Virus record (IMG/VR): IMGVR_UViG_3300031414_000008
Span: 64,001 to 128,000 of that record
Length of the DNA: 64,000 nt
Strand: one strand, 5' to 3'
Origin: a virus
The first letter of the stretch is position 1, and each line of letters starts with the position of its first letter. The notes below the pieces were generated by a model that saw only the letters and a list, made by a program, of their open reading frames with translations, was not told the origin of the DNA and did not search any database. The position numbers and the translations under genes were made by a program. Positions 1 through 9,010 of the stretch are shown piece after piece.

Positions 1-34
1 GGCCTCGGATTCACCCATCTTCAATTCCTTCGAA

Positions 35-754
35 GTGGCTCAGGTTGTGTACGCCTTTGACATCGCAGAGGCTCGCTATGAGAACCTGCAGAAGCAACAC
101 CAAAAGCTGGGTGAATGGTGTAACAAGGAGATGACGGTTGCAGAAGTGCTTGCGGATGTCGACTCCGGGAATGTCCACCCGTTCTCCTTCCAGGCCGTCG
201 CCGCTCTGGTCCAATCCATGCGTGACAAGACTATGCTGGGTCGCCCGATGCGTAACAACGTCCGGGAAGTCTTCCAGCTCCTGAAGGCCCAACCGAATGC
301 TCTGTTCTACGGCCCCGAGCTGAAGATGGTCCGTGAATGGGGCACTGATCACGACCGTAACCTGAGCATCGTTAAGTCCCGTCTGGGCCGTGCGTTCACC
401 GATCCGGTGGGCTACATGGACACCCGCTTCGACTTGATGCTATCGAAAGCCACTAAGCGTCAGCTGCTCGACGGCCGTGTACTGACTGCCCAGGCTTACC
501 AGCATGCAGTCTTCGCCCGTCCGGACTTCCTGCAGATCAAACCGGACTGGAAGTTGCATGATGGTAAGACCCAGTTCCACGCCGGTGAGCACTTCCATAC
601 CCGGGCGTGTGATGGTATGTGGTGGTGTGGCACCCACTTCAACGATCTCACCGGTTATCAGTTAATGAATATCCTGGAGACGGCACTCGGTGAGTTGCGT
701 CTCCTCTACATCCACTTCCCTAATGGAGTAACCAATGAAGAACCGGCCAAATAA
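35..754 (+). CDS. hypothetical protein (start may lie upstream of the window)
   Basis: 239 aa ORF, co-oriented, overlaps next ORF. Confidence 0.6.
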   Translation: MAQVVYAFDIAEARYENLQKQHQKLGEWCNKEMTVAEVLADVDSGNVHPFSFQAVAALVQSMRDKTMLGRPMRNNVREVFQLLKAQPNALFYGPELKMVREWGTDHDRNLSIVKSRLGRAFTDPVGYMDTRFDLMLSKATKRQLLDGRVLTAQAYQHAVFARPDFLQIKPDWKLHDGKTQFHAGEHFHTRACDGMWWCGTHFNDLTGYQLMNILETALGELRLLYIHFPNGVTNEEPAK

Positions 755-1217
755 AACCCAGCAACGCTTAGAAACCACGATCAATGAGAAGCTGCGTAAG
801 GGGTGGAACTGCTTTACCCGTGAGGAAATGGAAGCGGTAATCGCTCTTCTGCACCAATCCCGCCGGGCGAAGACCGCTCTGTACCAGCGTATCCACACCT
901 CTCACGGTGACGCCGTAGGTTGGACCCTGGATGGTGACATCGGGCTGCACGAACGTCGCCCGGCGCCGGAGGGTGCGATCAACCTGTTCCACAAACCGCC
1001 GCGTCTCGACTTCCCGCGTGGCTGGCGTGTACCGGTGGGCGTGAAGGTCCGCGGCTGGAAGGTGACCGAGGATGGTCGTCTCGTTCAGCACCGTAACCGC
1101 ACGCCGCAGTCTCCGAATGACGTTATGCGTCACCTGCACCAGACGCTGAACGATCTCTCCTACGGGTATAAGGTCTATGAGGCTAACCAATGCTCACCAT
1201 CCGAGGAATCAGAGTAA
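735..1217 (+). CDS. hypothetical protein
   Basis: 160 aa ORF, GGAG upstream. Confidence 0.6.
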   Translation: MKNRPNKTQQRLETTINEKLRKGWNCFTREEMEAVIALLHQSRRAKTALYQRIHTSHGDAVGWTLDGDIGLHERRPAPEGAINLFHKPPRLDFPRGWRVPVGVKVRGWKVTEDGRLVQHRNRTPQSPNDVMRHLHQTLNDLSYGYKVYEANQCSPSEESE

Positions 1218-1630
1218 CGCAGCAGGGCGACTGGTTCAGGCTGTATGATGTGTTCCGGGCGTCAGGGCGTCCGGATTACAACACGCCGTCCAGGTGGTTG
1301 AAGTCACGCTCTTTCCACTTCCTGAACAAGCCGAAGAAGGTGAAAGTGGACACGGATTTTGATATCATATGGGTCCGGTTGGAGCTCATCCCAGCCTACG
1401 CCAAATGGATCTCGATCCACTTTCAACGAGAAGTCAAAGAGGCAATTAATGGCTATAAACTCGCCAAAGCTACGGGGTTCTACCCGGACCACCGAAGCAA
1501 AACCCAAGCGTACCAAGATCCAGGACATGGACTTGGATATGCTGTACGATCAACCGAAGATCACGCCTACCGTCAAAAAGGCTATCTTGTCTCAGGAAGA
1601 CTTCAGCAAGATTCAGCCGCGGTACTGTGA
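1190..1630 (+). CDS. KilA-N/APSES-like DNA-binding protein
   Basis: FRLYDVFRASG..PSRWL and WVRLELIPAYAKWIS..F match the KilA-N pattern; 3' end overlaps the polymerase N-half by about 180 nt. Confidence 0.65.
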   Translation: MLTIRGIRVTQQGDWFRLYDVFRASGRPDYNTPSRWLKSRSFHFLNKPKKVKVDTDFDIIWVRLELIPAYAKWISIHFQREVKEAINGYKLAKATGFYPDHRSKTQAYQDPGHGLGYAVRSTEDHAYRQKGYLVSGRLQQDSAAVL

Positions 1631-2798
1631 GAAAGTCTGTGGGATGCCGTGTGGCCTGAAGAAGCCGTCGATGGCCGACATCAACGGCGATCACGTCGAC
1701 GTCATTATCATCCAGGATCACCGTGCCGGTGCTGACGGGTGGAAGACGGCGGCCCAGGTTAACCAGCTGCACTTGACCCAAATCCGCTCGCTCGCTCGCT
1801 TGGCCTTCGGCCGGGATCTTACCTTTAAGGTGCTCTCCCTGACCAAGTGCTGGGGTGACACGCAGAAGAAGATCACACAGACGCAGATGCTGGGGTGCAC
1901 GCCGTATCTCTGGGAAGAGATTCGCCGGACTAAGCCCAGGGCGATCGTGTCGATGTCGACGGAGGTCACTAAGTCGCTCGGTCTGACGGCGTCGAACTAC
2001 AACAACCGCGGCGAGTTCTACATGCTGAACGCCGATGGCCTGCCGGAAATACCGGTGGTCCTGACGCTGCACGTGCGTGTCCTGAACATGCTCCGCCAGA
2101 ACGCCTCCGGTAAGATGTACGGTGCCGACTTCACGGGTGTCATCCTGAACGACCTGACTAAGATCCGCTGGATCCTCGAAGGGAAGATCCAGGTAGGTGG
2201 GCTGCGGGAGAACGTGGAGAGGATCATCGCTGACCAAGTCTTCGTGTGCTCGAAGCTTGAGCACGTGAAGGATATTGTCGACGTTCTGATGAAGCTGCCG
2301 CCGAACCAAGTCATCTCGTGGGACTTGGAGACGACCGGTCTGGACCCGTGGGCGCCGGATGCCCGCATCCTGACCTGCCAATTCGGGTACCGTCGTCCGG
2401 ACGGGAAGGTACAAGCGTTCGTTGTCCCGCTGTGGCACAAAGATCAGGTATTCTACGATCCGAAAGAGGCTTGGCTTCTCGTGCGGGCCGTGTTACTCTC
2501 ACAGCGTGCTAAAGTCGGACACAACGTGAAGTTTGACGTTCTGTACTGTACTGTCACTACCGGTGATCGTCCTGGCGGTCGTATCTTCGACACCATGCTG
2601 ATGATTCACTCACTGAACTCTGGAATTCAGGGGAACTACGGTCTGAAAGCCGCGATGTGGGACCACGTCCCAGGTCTCGGTCTGGGCGGCTATGAAGGGC
2701 TCCTCGATGAAACGCTCGACGCCGAAGAGATGAAACGTCTCGTGAAGCTCGAGAAAGGTGATAAAGAAGAGGAAGAAGATGAAGAAACTTCAGATTAG
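1449..2798 (+). CDS. DNA polymerase A, N-terminal half: UDG-like domain plus Exo I/Exo II of the 3'-5' exonuclease
   Basis: GCTPYLWEEIRRTKPRAIV (UDG family 4-like), WDLETTGL (Exo I), VGHNVKFD (Exo II), FDTML; no Exo III or polymerase motifs; ends in an acidic tail. Confidence 0.85.
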   Translation: MAINSPKLRGSTRTTEAKPKRTKIQDMDLDMLYDQPKITPTVKKAILSQEDFSKIQPRYCEKVCGMPCGLKKPSMADINGDHVDVIIIQDHRAGADGWKTAAQVNQLHLTQIRSLARLAFGRDLTFKVLSLTKCWGDTQKKITQTQMLGCTPYLWEEIRRTKPRAIVSMSTEVTKSLGLTASNYNNRGEFYMLNADGLPEIPVVLTLHVRVLNMLRQNASGKMYGADFTGVILNDLTKIRWILEGKIQVGGLRENVERIIADQVFVCSKLEHVKDIVDVLMKLPPNQVISWDLETTGLDPWAPDARILTCQFGYRRPDGKVQAFVVPLWHKDQVFYDPKEAWLLVRAVLLSQRAKVGHNVKFDVLYCTVTTGDRPGGRIFDTMLMIHSLNSGIQGNYGLKAAMWDHVPGLGLGGYEGLLDETLDAEEMKRLVKLEKGDKEEEEDEETSD

Positions 2799-3588
2799 TG
2801 GCAAGGAGTTCATCCGCACGGATGGGCTGTACTACAACCTGACGGACCTGTTCCGTCTGACCACTTTGGGCGGGATCCGCCTGGAGCCGTGGGGATGGGC
2901 TCAGTCTGAGAATCGTACACGCGACATTTCTCGCCGTGGGTGGTTCTTCAAGAAGTCCTGGGCGAAGGCGGCGGTGCTGATCGAGTACGCACACTACCTG
3001 TCCCCGCACCTGTACCGTGACGTGCTGCGTGCCGTGAACATGGACGACACGGATAAGCTGATCGCTGTGTTCGGGGAGTTAAAGGCTGCTCGCCTGGACC
3101 TGCGTGTGCAGGAAGTCATCGACAAGCGTAAGAAGGTGAAAGAAGTATCCTCTACTCTGGCCACCAAGGTAGACCGTCGTGTCGAGCCTCTGCCGGATAC
3201 GAGTAAGCTTCCTCGCTTCAACGCAGACGACCTGCCGAAAGCCCGCCCTCAGCCGGCGAGCCGTCCGGAAGTGATGCTGCGTGACAGAAAGTCAGGCCGC
3301 CTGTCCACACCTTCCCGTTCGATGTCACACTCCCGCTCCATGGGTTCGTCCGTGACACACCACCGCTCTGAGCCAGACTACCTGACCCAGGCTATGGTAA
3401 CGCAATCGCTGATGAACAACTGGGATGACTCTTCTCATCGCAGTAGTCACCACTCTCGTAATGACGACGTGTGCTCCACTCCGAGCTATTCGTCCCATTC
3501 AAGCCACGATTCTCACCACTCCAGCTCTTCCTGGTCCGGGGATTCCGGTGGCAGCTACGACAGTGGCGGTGGCGGATGCGGCGACTGA
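2779..3588 (+). CDS. KilA-N-like protein with Ser/His/Gly-rich tail
   Basis: YYNLTDLFRL..VLIEYAHYLSP KilA-N pattern; C-terminus SSHHS...GGGGCGD. Confidence 0.65.
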   Translation: MKKLQISGKEFIRTDGLYYNLTDLFRLTTLGGIRLEPWGWAQSENRTRDISRRGWFFKKSWAKAAVLIEYAHYLSPHLYRDVLRAVNMDDTDKLIAVFGELKAARLDLRVQEVIDKRKKVKEVSSTLATKVDRRVEPLPDTSKLPRFNADDLPKARPQPASRPEVMLRDRKSGRLSTPSRSMSHSRSMGSSVTHHRSEPDYLTQAMVTQSLMNNWDDSSHRSSHHSRNDDVCSTPSYSSHSSHDSHHSSSSWSGDSGGSYDSGGGGCGD

Positions 3589-3911
3589 TCAGACTGTACG
3601 AACAGTACATCGATTGGTATCACCGTAAGTTCCCCCTTCCGGTGGAGGCCGAGTGCCTCCGCTGGAACTTCATCGTGAAGGAGACTGTTCACCACATCTT
3701 CGTGTCGATCAACGGCACTAAGCTGTTGGTGATGGTCTCTCTCGACGTGGCAGGTCACCCGGTGACCGTCTGCCATGCTCGAAGGATGGCGGGGGCGCTT
3801 CGAATCGATGGCTTCTATCACGGTGGGCGGCTCTACCCCGCTCGTTTCTTCAATCTCTACCTCAAGGCAGGATTAAATGCCGTTCAGTCAGAACCTGGCA
3901 GATCTCTATAA
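3576..3911 (+). CDS. hypothetical protein
   Basis: ORF overlapping neighbours; start uncertain. Confidence 0.5.
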   Translation: MRRLIRLYEQYIDWYHRKFPLPVEAECLRWNFIVKETVHHIFVSINGTKLLVMVSLDVAGHPVTVCHARRMAGALRIDGFYHGGRLYPARFFNLYLKAGLNAVQSEPGRSL

Positions 3912-4212
3912 GAAGATCGACCAGTTGTCCTTCAGCGACTTCAAAGAGTTCACCTCTGAGGAAATGCATCGCTTTCGCGAGACTCTCGCCTTCGCAGACC
4001 CGGATGATTATCCGGAGGATGAGTTCGATCTCGTCCGTGCATACAATTGGCATAAGCTTCACCAGTTAGATCAGCAGCGCTTCGTCCTTCGACATAAGTT
4101 GACGGATCAGTACCTGCGGATTACCATTAATCGTACTATGGACGGCGAGATTCAAAAGAACGACGTCCGTCAGGTACAGAAACGTTACGAAATACAAGCT
4201 GTCTACGACTAG
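3877..4212 (+). CDS. hypothetical protein
   Basis: 111 aa ORF ending in TAG. Confidence 0.6.
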   Translation: MPFSQNLADLYKKIDQLSFSDFKEFTSEEMHRFRETLAFADPDDYPEDEFDLVRAYNWHKLHQLDQQRFVLRHKLTDQYLRITINRTMDGEIQKNDVRQVQKRYEIQAVYD

Positions 4213-4221
4213 GAGAAGACG

Positions 4222-4587
4222 ATGCACGCGTTATTTGAAATGGTAAATAAAGACCCAGAGACCTGGACCCCGATTGAGAAACTCGGCCCGGTCATGCAGT
4301 TGATCGGCGAACCCCAGGTGGGAGACTTTATGGCAGAGCAGGACGGTAGAACGACCTTCCTCTGCACAGAGGTAACGCGTGTACGTGTCTCCCGGGCGGA
4401 TACGGACGGTATTCACTTCGAAGCCGGCCGCGGCATCCCGAATTGGTTTCAGCACGCCCAGAGTGCCTTTCAGGCTACGCCGAACGGTGTGCTCTTCGGC
4501 GGTGTGAAGCTCGACGCGGGGGATTACCTGGTCGTGGACGGCATGCAGATCCGAGTGGAGAAAGCCTGTGAAGCTGCTGCGAGTTAA
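4222..4587 (+). CDS. hypothetical protein
   Basis: 121 aa ORF, AGGAG RBS. Confidence 0.6.
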   Translation: MHALFEMVNKDPETWTPIEKLGPVMQLIGEPQVGDFMAEQDGRTTFLCTEVTRVRVSRADTDGIHFEAGRGIPNWFQHAQSAFQATPNGVLFGGVKLDAGDYLVVDGMQIRVEKACEAAAS

Positions 4588-4673
4588 AGCTGTTCTCATC
4601 CCCGAGAACGACTACGAGGAGGTGGCGTTCCTGCCACCTCGAGCTAAACCCGTCACTGGCCCGCTGAAGGTCG

Positions 4674-5324
4674 GTGACTTCGTGGAGATGTCCCCGCATG
4701 GATACATCCGAGAGAAGTACCGCCTCCCAGTTGATGATCATGGGGTTCGACGCACTGGATTACGTCCGGACCTGTTCAGCTGACCCCGGCCGCCTAGCGG
4801 CCATTTTCAAAAGCGATTCCTCCTTTAACGACGAAGACAACTCGATTACCATCCCGCCGATCCATGAGCTCTTCGTTGGAGAGAATCATGATGAGAACGC
4901 CGATGAGTTTGTCGAGCGGCTTCGTCGCTTAGGTTTCAAGGTGTTCTGCTCCTTCGACTCGACCCACATTCAGTGGCGTTCGACCACGACCTTTCCGAAT
5001 GCCCGCCAAGCGGCGGACCTCACGGCTGATGCCCTCCAGCCTTTAGTCGACAAATGCATCCGGGAAACGAAAGGCGAGCTCGAGGTGGCCATTGAGATGC
5101 ACCGTTTCGAGACTGGCATCCGGAAAATCATGGAGTATGAGGCCGGTGTCCAGACCGAAGTCATCATTTTCCTGAAAAATTCCGGGTATGAAGTGAAGAA
5201 GGAGTATACCGCTTACGGTCTGGACGGAGACTATCTGCACTCCGGCTACACCGTCTCATGGTATCCCCGTAAAGTCGTACGCGATATTGAAGTAATCCCA
5301 TGGTGGAAATTTTGGAGAAAGTAA
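4674..5324 (+). CDS. hypothetical protein, repeated L..LG[FY].V...W domain
   Basis: RRLGFKV and KNSGYEV...TVSW repeats; start uncertain. Confidence 0.55.
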   Translation: MTSWRCPRMDTSERSTASQLMIMGFDALDYVRTCSADPGRLAAIFKSDSSFNDEDNSITIPPIHELFVGENHDENADEFVERLRRLGFKVFCSFDSTHIQWRSTTTFPNARQAADLTADALQPLVDKCIRETKGELEVAIEMHRFETGIRKIMEYEAGVQTEVIIFLKNSGYEVKKEYTAYGLDGDYLHSGYTVSWYPRKVVRDIEVIPWWKFWRK

Positions 5325-5572
5325 TGACCAAACTGCAAGCTGCCGACGCAATGGCTCTCGTGCGTCAATCCCAAGACGACGTTGTGAATAACGCCATCGA
5401 TAATATCCTTGATTTTATCGAATACGCGGCCCGTCAGGCCTTAACGTTCACCGTCGACGATATGCACTCCAACCCGGACGTGCAAGAGAGTGTCACTAAG
5501 AAGCTCGAAGCCTTGGGTTACAAGGTTGAAATCATCGAGAACAACAAAATCAAGATCTCATGGAGAAAGTAA
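5324..5572 (+). CDS. small GY.V..ISW family protein
   Basis: LEALGYKV..IKISW; TAATG overlap. Confidence 0.65.
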   Translation: MTKLQAADAMALVRQSQDDVVNNAIDNILDFIEYAARQALTFTVDDMHSNPDVQESVTKKLEALGYKVEIIENNKIKISWRK

Positions 5573-5850
5573 TGGACGCCAGTCAAGCTCGCCAACAAAC
5601 ACAAGACACGATAGCTCACCAGTTCTCGGAACTCGAAGACATGGTCATGGGCAAGATCTCCGACGCCGTGAAACGTGGGGATTATTCCGTGATGGTCTCC
5701 GTGAACGGTAAGAGTGCGGGTGCCAAGTCGGCCCTGCTCGAAATGTTGCGTGCTGCCGGCTATACGCTGCAGGAACCAACCAGCGGTGATCAACGGGATT
5801 ATGGCTACGTGACCATTTCGTGGTTGACACCACCTGAAGTAACAGAGTAA
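5572..5850 (+). CDS. small GY.V..ISW family protein
   Basis: LRAAGYTL..VTISW; TAATG overlap. Confidence 0.65.
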   Translation: MDASQARQQTQDTIAHQFSELEDMVMGKISDAVKRGDYSVMVSVNGKSAGAKSALLEMLRAAGYTLQEPTSGDQRDYGYVTISWLTPPEVTE

Positions 5851-5911
5851 ACTTTCCTTGGGTGATCGGAGGACCGACACCCACTTCACCCTCGTTTTGG
5901 AGAACCATACG

Positions 5912-7153
5912 ATGAAGCAATACAAATTAGCTGTAGTTATCGGCCGCATGCAATTCCTGCACAATGGCCATATTCACCTGTTCAATGAAGCTGCCAAGAA
6001 GGCAGAACAGATTCTCGTCCTCGTCGGCTCGTCCGATAAGGCACCGTCCCCAAGCAATCCTTTTAACTACCAACAGCGTGAGAAGATCGTCTACGGCGCC
6101 CTGAAGGAAGCCGGGATCACTGACGCTCTGAATTCCCGCGTCGGCGTCCTGCCACTTCCGGATGACTATCTGGAAGACCAGTGGATTGCCAACGTGATCA
6201 ACGCCGTCCAGACCTACGCGGAGAACCAGATCGGCGAAACCGGTCAGTTGATCCGTGACGAAGACATTGTTCTGGTTGGCCATGAGAAAGATGCCTCCTC
6301 ATACTACCTGCAGATGTTCCCGCAGTGGGCCTTCTACAATGCCCCGAACGACCGCGGCCTGAATGCCACCGACTTCCGTAAAGAGCTCTTCGATCGCCTG
6401 CCGGCCCGGGACCCTCAGTTTATTGCCAAGCTGCTTAAGCTGACGCAACCCCTGTCCCCGTTTGAATCTGCAGCGTTCTGCCAGGATGTCGCTAGCATTC
6501 TGGAAGAACATTATCCAGAACTGAACCAGCACCTGGGCACTAAACCTTCTGGCGATCTGCGTGCCTTGGACATGACCCACCTGAAGCTGAACTCGCCGAA
6601 AGCCATGCATCCATTCCTGGAAGAGTACATCCGCTCGGAAGAGTACATGAACATGGTGGCGGAGAACGGTCAGTACGCCGATGAGAAGCTGTCCTGGGGT
6701 ATGGCACCGTATCCGGTGACCTTCGTGACCACCGACGCCGTCGTCACTCACCGTTCCTCGATCCTGATGATTCGCCGTAAGAACCATCCGGGTAAAGGCC
6801 TGTGGGCACTCCCAGGCGGATTCCTGGGCGCTAAAGAATGGATCCGTGACTCAATCATCCGTGAACTGCGTGAAGAGACACGTATCGCCGTGGCGAACGA
6901 AGATCTCCTGCGTATCATGCAGCCAATCAAAGTGTTCGATAACCCAGGCCGTTCACTGCGTGGCCGTGTCATTACACACGCCGCTCGTTTTAACCTGGAT
7001 CACCTGGGCTTAACGAAGCGTCCGAAGGTGCGTGCCGATGATGATGCTGAAGCGGTCCGCTGGTTCTCGTTCGGTGAAATCCTGAAGGCCGACAAGTCGC
7101 TCTTCGAAGATCACGCTGAAATCATCCGCCGTCTCGTTTTCTCACGAGGTTGA
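5912..7153 (+). CDS. nadM: bifunctional NMN adenylyltransferase / ADP-ribose pyrophosphatase (NadM-NUDIX)
   Basis: IGRMQFLHNGH nucleotidyltransferase motif; ALPGGF..E...IIRELREET NUDIX box; DDA..VRWF. Confidence 0.92.
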   Translation: MKQYKLAVVIGRMQFLHNGHIHLFNEAAKKAEQILVLVGSSDKAPSPSNPFNYQQREKIVYGALKEAGITDALNSRVGVLPLPDDYLEDQWIANVINAVQTYAENQIGETGQLIRDEDIVLVGHEKDASSYYLQMFPQWAFYNAPNDRGLNATDFRKELFDRLPARDPQFIAKLLKLTQPLSPFESAAFCQDVASILEEHYPELNQHLGTKPSGDLRALDMTHLKLNSPKAMHPFLEEYIRSEEYMNMVAENGQYADEKLSWGMAPYPVTFVTTDAVVTHRSSILMIRRKNHPGKGLWALPGGFLGAKEWIRDSIIRELREETRIAVANEDLLRIMQPIKVFDNPGRSLRGRVITHAARFNLDHLGLTKRPKVRADDDAEAVRWFSFGEILKADKSLFEDHAEIIRRLVFSRG

Positions 7154-7154
7154 T

Positions 7155-7907
7155 ATGATCGGTGAAATTGGTGAAGACGTCATCCTGGTCCGTGAGATCA
7201 TGCGGGAGGGTGAAAAACAAGTGGACGCTGGCTCTGTAGGTCGACTCGTGGAAATACAAGGCGACCTGACGGCCTCGGTATTCTTCGACGGCAAGGGTCG
7301 CTATAAGGTGTCACAGGACGCGATCCGTGGTAAGGCCTTCAAGACCGGAGATGAAGTGCAGCTTAACGCAACTGTCCACGGTGTATTCCAGGTCTACCTC
7401 GTGGGTGAACGCGGGGTTATTCGAAACGTCGTCGCTCAGGGTAATAGCTATCACTACAATGTTTTGATTGGCGACCAGTGCGTCCTCGTTCGTTCTCACT
7501 TACTTCGTAAAGCTGAAGGAAATCCAATGGTTATCTCTGAACTCGCTAAACACATGATCAACGTCGGTAGTGGCGTCAATCACCGTGAGGTACCGGAATG
7601 GTTCCAATCCGTCGTTAATGCTCTTCGTGCCATGCCGGAACTTTCTAAGATGGGGCAGGCTCAGTTGGAATTCGTTATCAAGACACACATGCAGTACCGT
7701 CGTGTCGATAACCGTTCAGACTTGGTCTCCAATGTGCTCTTCGGTATTCCGGCTTGCACTGGCCATCAACAGCTTCGTACCTTGGAAGTCTCTCTGTATG
7801 ACTACAAGGAGAAGCTTGACGCTGAGTGGAAGAAACTGAACAAGGTCATTCCGATCGAGTTCCAGTACGCTGCACTTCGGGCTTACTCGGAGTTGAAGAA
7901 TGACTGA
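7155..7907 (+). CDS. hypothetical protein, possibly SH3-like N-terminal repeats
   Basis: 250 aa ORF. Confidence 0.55.
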   Translation: MIGEIGEDVILVREIMREGEKQVDAGSVGRLVEIQGDLTASVFFDGKGRYKVSQDAIRGKAFKTGDEVQLNATVHGVFQVYLVGERGVIRNVVAQGNSYHYNVLIGDQCVLVRSHLLRKAEGNPMVISELAKHMINVGSGVNHREVPEWFQSVVNALRAMPELSKMGQAQLEFVIKTHMQYRRVDNRSDLVSNVLFGIPACTGHQQLRTLEVSLYDYKEKLDAEWKKLNKVIPIEFQYAALRAYSELKND

Positions 7908-8310
7908 CTTGATCCCCGTAGGAACGGTAGCCCGTGCTGCCCGGAACATCGGAGACCCACGTCTGACGCTTCCTTATATCTATGCAGGTGAGGAAGTGAC
8001 GGTCATGAGTCATCCGCGTGTCCAGGGAGAAGAGCTACCGTGGGAACCTAACGGCTACATCGTTCGTAACCGTGAGGGTCTCCAGGTGGTTGCCACCCGA
8101 GCGGACATCACGCTTGAACCGGTGCCGCCAGCGAAAACGCTTGAAGAGCACATCGCTGCAGCTTTCCGTGAAGGCTACTCTCAGGGCCACTCCCGTGGCC
8201 TGACCTGCGGAAAGCTGTATGGTGGTGACGACCAGTATATCGTCATCATCCAGGTCGCTACCCGGGATTACGTCCGGGAACTCAGAGGTGAAGATGAATC
8301 CGATTGTTAA
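7900..8310 (+). CDS. hypothetical protein
   Basis: 136 aa ORF, overlaps neighbours. Confidence 0.55.
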   Translation: MTDLIPVGTVARAARNIGDPRLTLPYIYAGEEVTVMSHPRVQGEELPWEPNGYIVRNREGLQVVATRADITLEPVPPAKTLEEHIAAAFREGYSQGHSRGLTCGKLYGGDDQYIVIIQVATRDYVRELRGEDESDC

Positions 8311-8791
8311 GTACCTGATAGCGATTGGTTTGTTCGGTGCGTACACTTACGGGGTCTACTCTTTCGGCGTCTCTCATCAGGACACGAAGGACCAACTATC
8401 GAACGCCGGGGCGACCATCACACAAACGCAACAAGCCCGCTCGACCGAACAGACTCTGGCGACAGACGCCTGGAAGATCGATGCGGCGTACCAAAAAGGA
8501 GTCCTGGAGGGCCAACAACGTGCACAAACTCTCACTAATTCTCTTCTTAACGGTTCTGTCGGGATGTACGTCCCGATACGTCCCACCACCGCCGTGCCCG
8601 GTCATCCCGCCGCCGTCGCCAAGTCTGTTGCAGAAACACAATGCAGACTTCCTGGACAGACTGCAGCAGATCTTGCCGACCTTGCCCGTCGAGCCGATGC
8701 CATCGTCGAGCAGTCAAACTCCCTCGTCGACTACTATGAACGTGTCCTTACTAAAGTCGGGCACCCCGAGCTGATTCTGGAGCGTAAATGA
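8294..8791 (+). CDS. Rz-like inner-membrane spanin (i-spanin)
   Basis: N-terminal TM helix, helical periplasmic region, C-terminal CRL...LARRADAIVEQ...VDYYE Rz-like pattern; contains an embedded lipoprotein ORF. Confidence 0.8.
   Translation: MNPIVKYLIAIGLFGAYTYGVYSFGVSHQDTKDQLSNAGATITQTQQARSTEQTLATDAWKIDAAYQKGVLEGQQRAQTLTNSLLNGSVGMYVPIRPTTAVPGHPAAVAKSVAETQCRLPGQTAADLADLARRADAIVEQSNSLVDYYERVLTKVGHPELILERK
8520..8774 (+). CDS. Rz1-like outer-membrane lipoprotein spanin (o-spanin) embedded in the i-spanin gene
   Basis: GTG start with GGAG RBS, signal peptide with LSGC lipobox, then Pro-rich PPPPCPVIPPPSP. Confidence 0.82.
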   Translation: MHKLSLILFLTVLSGCTSRYVPPPPCPVIPPPSPSLLQKHNADFLDRLQQILPTLPVEPMPSSSSQTPSSTTMNVSLLKSGTPS

Positions 8792-8834
8792 TCTGGTTCT
8801 GGGTACTCTTTATTCTGCTGATTCTGGGGGTTTT

Positions 8835-9005
8835 ATGACTCACGGTGAACTCTTCTGGTTCGCTCTCTTTATCTGGCTAGCGATCCCTCGCTCGGATTCT
8901 CTGAGCAGCCTTATCGGAAAGACAGGCCTGTTCGTCATGGCCTGCTATAACTTCGTGCTGTGGATCATTGATACCTCGCACCCAACCTTAATTCACTTAG
9001 GATAA
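8835..9005 (+). CDS. small two-TM membrane protein
   Basis: 56 aa ORF read manually (MTHGELFWFALFIW...), two hydrophobic segments. Confidence 0.45.
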   Translation: MTHGELFWFALFIWLAIPRSDSLSSLIGKTGLFVMACYNFVLWIIDTSHPTLIHLG

Positions 9006-9010
9006 CGACT

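Noticed and set aside
3877-4587. TAG readthrough fusions at 4212 to 4222 and 55907 to 55944
   Set aside because: Both downstream ORFs have their own RBS or promoter-like signals, and in-frame adjacency for 2 of about 6 other TAG-ended genes is what chance predicts
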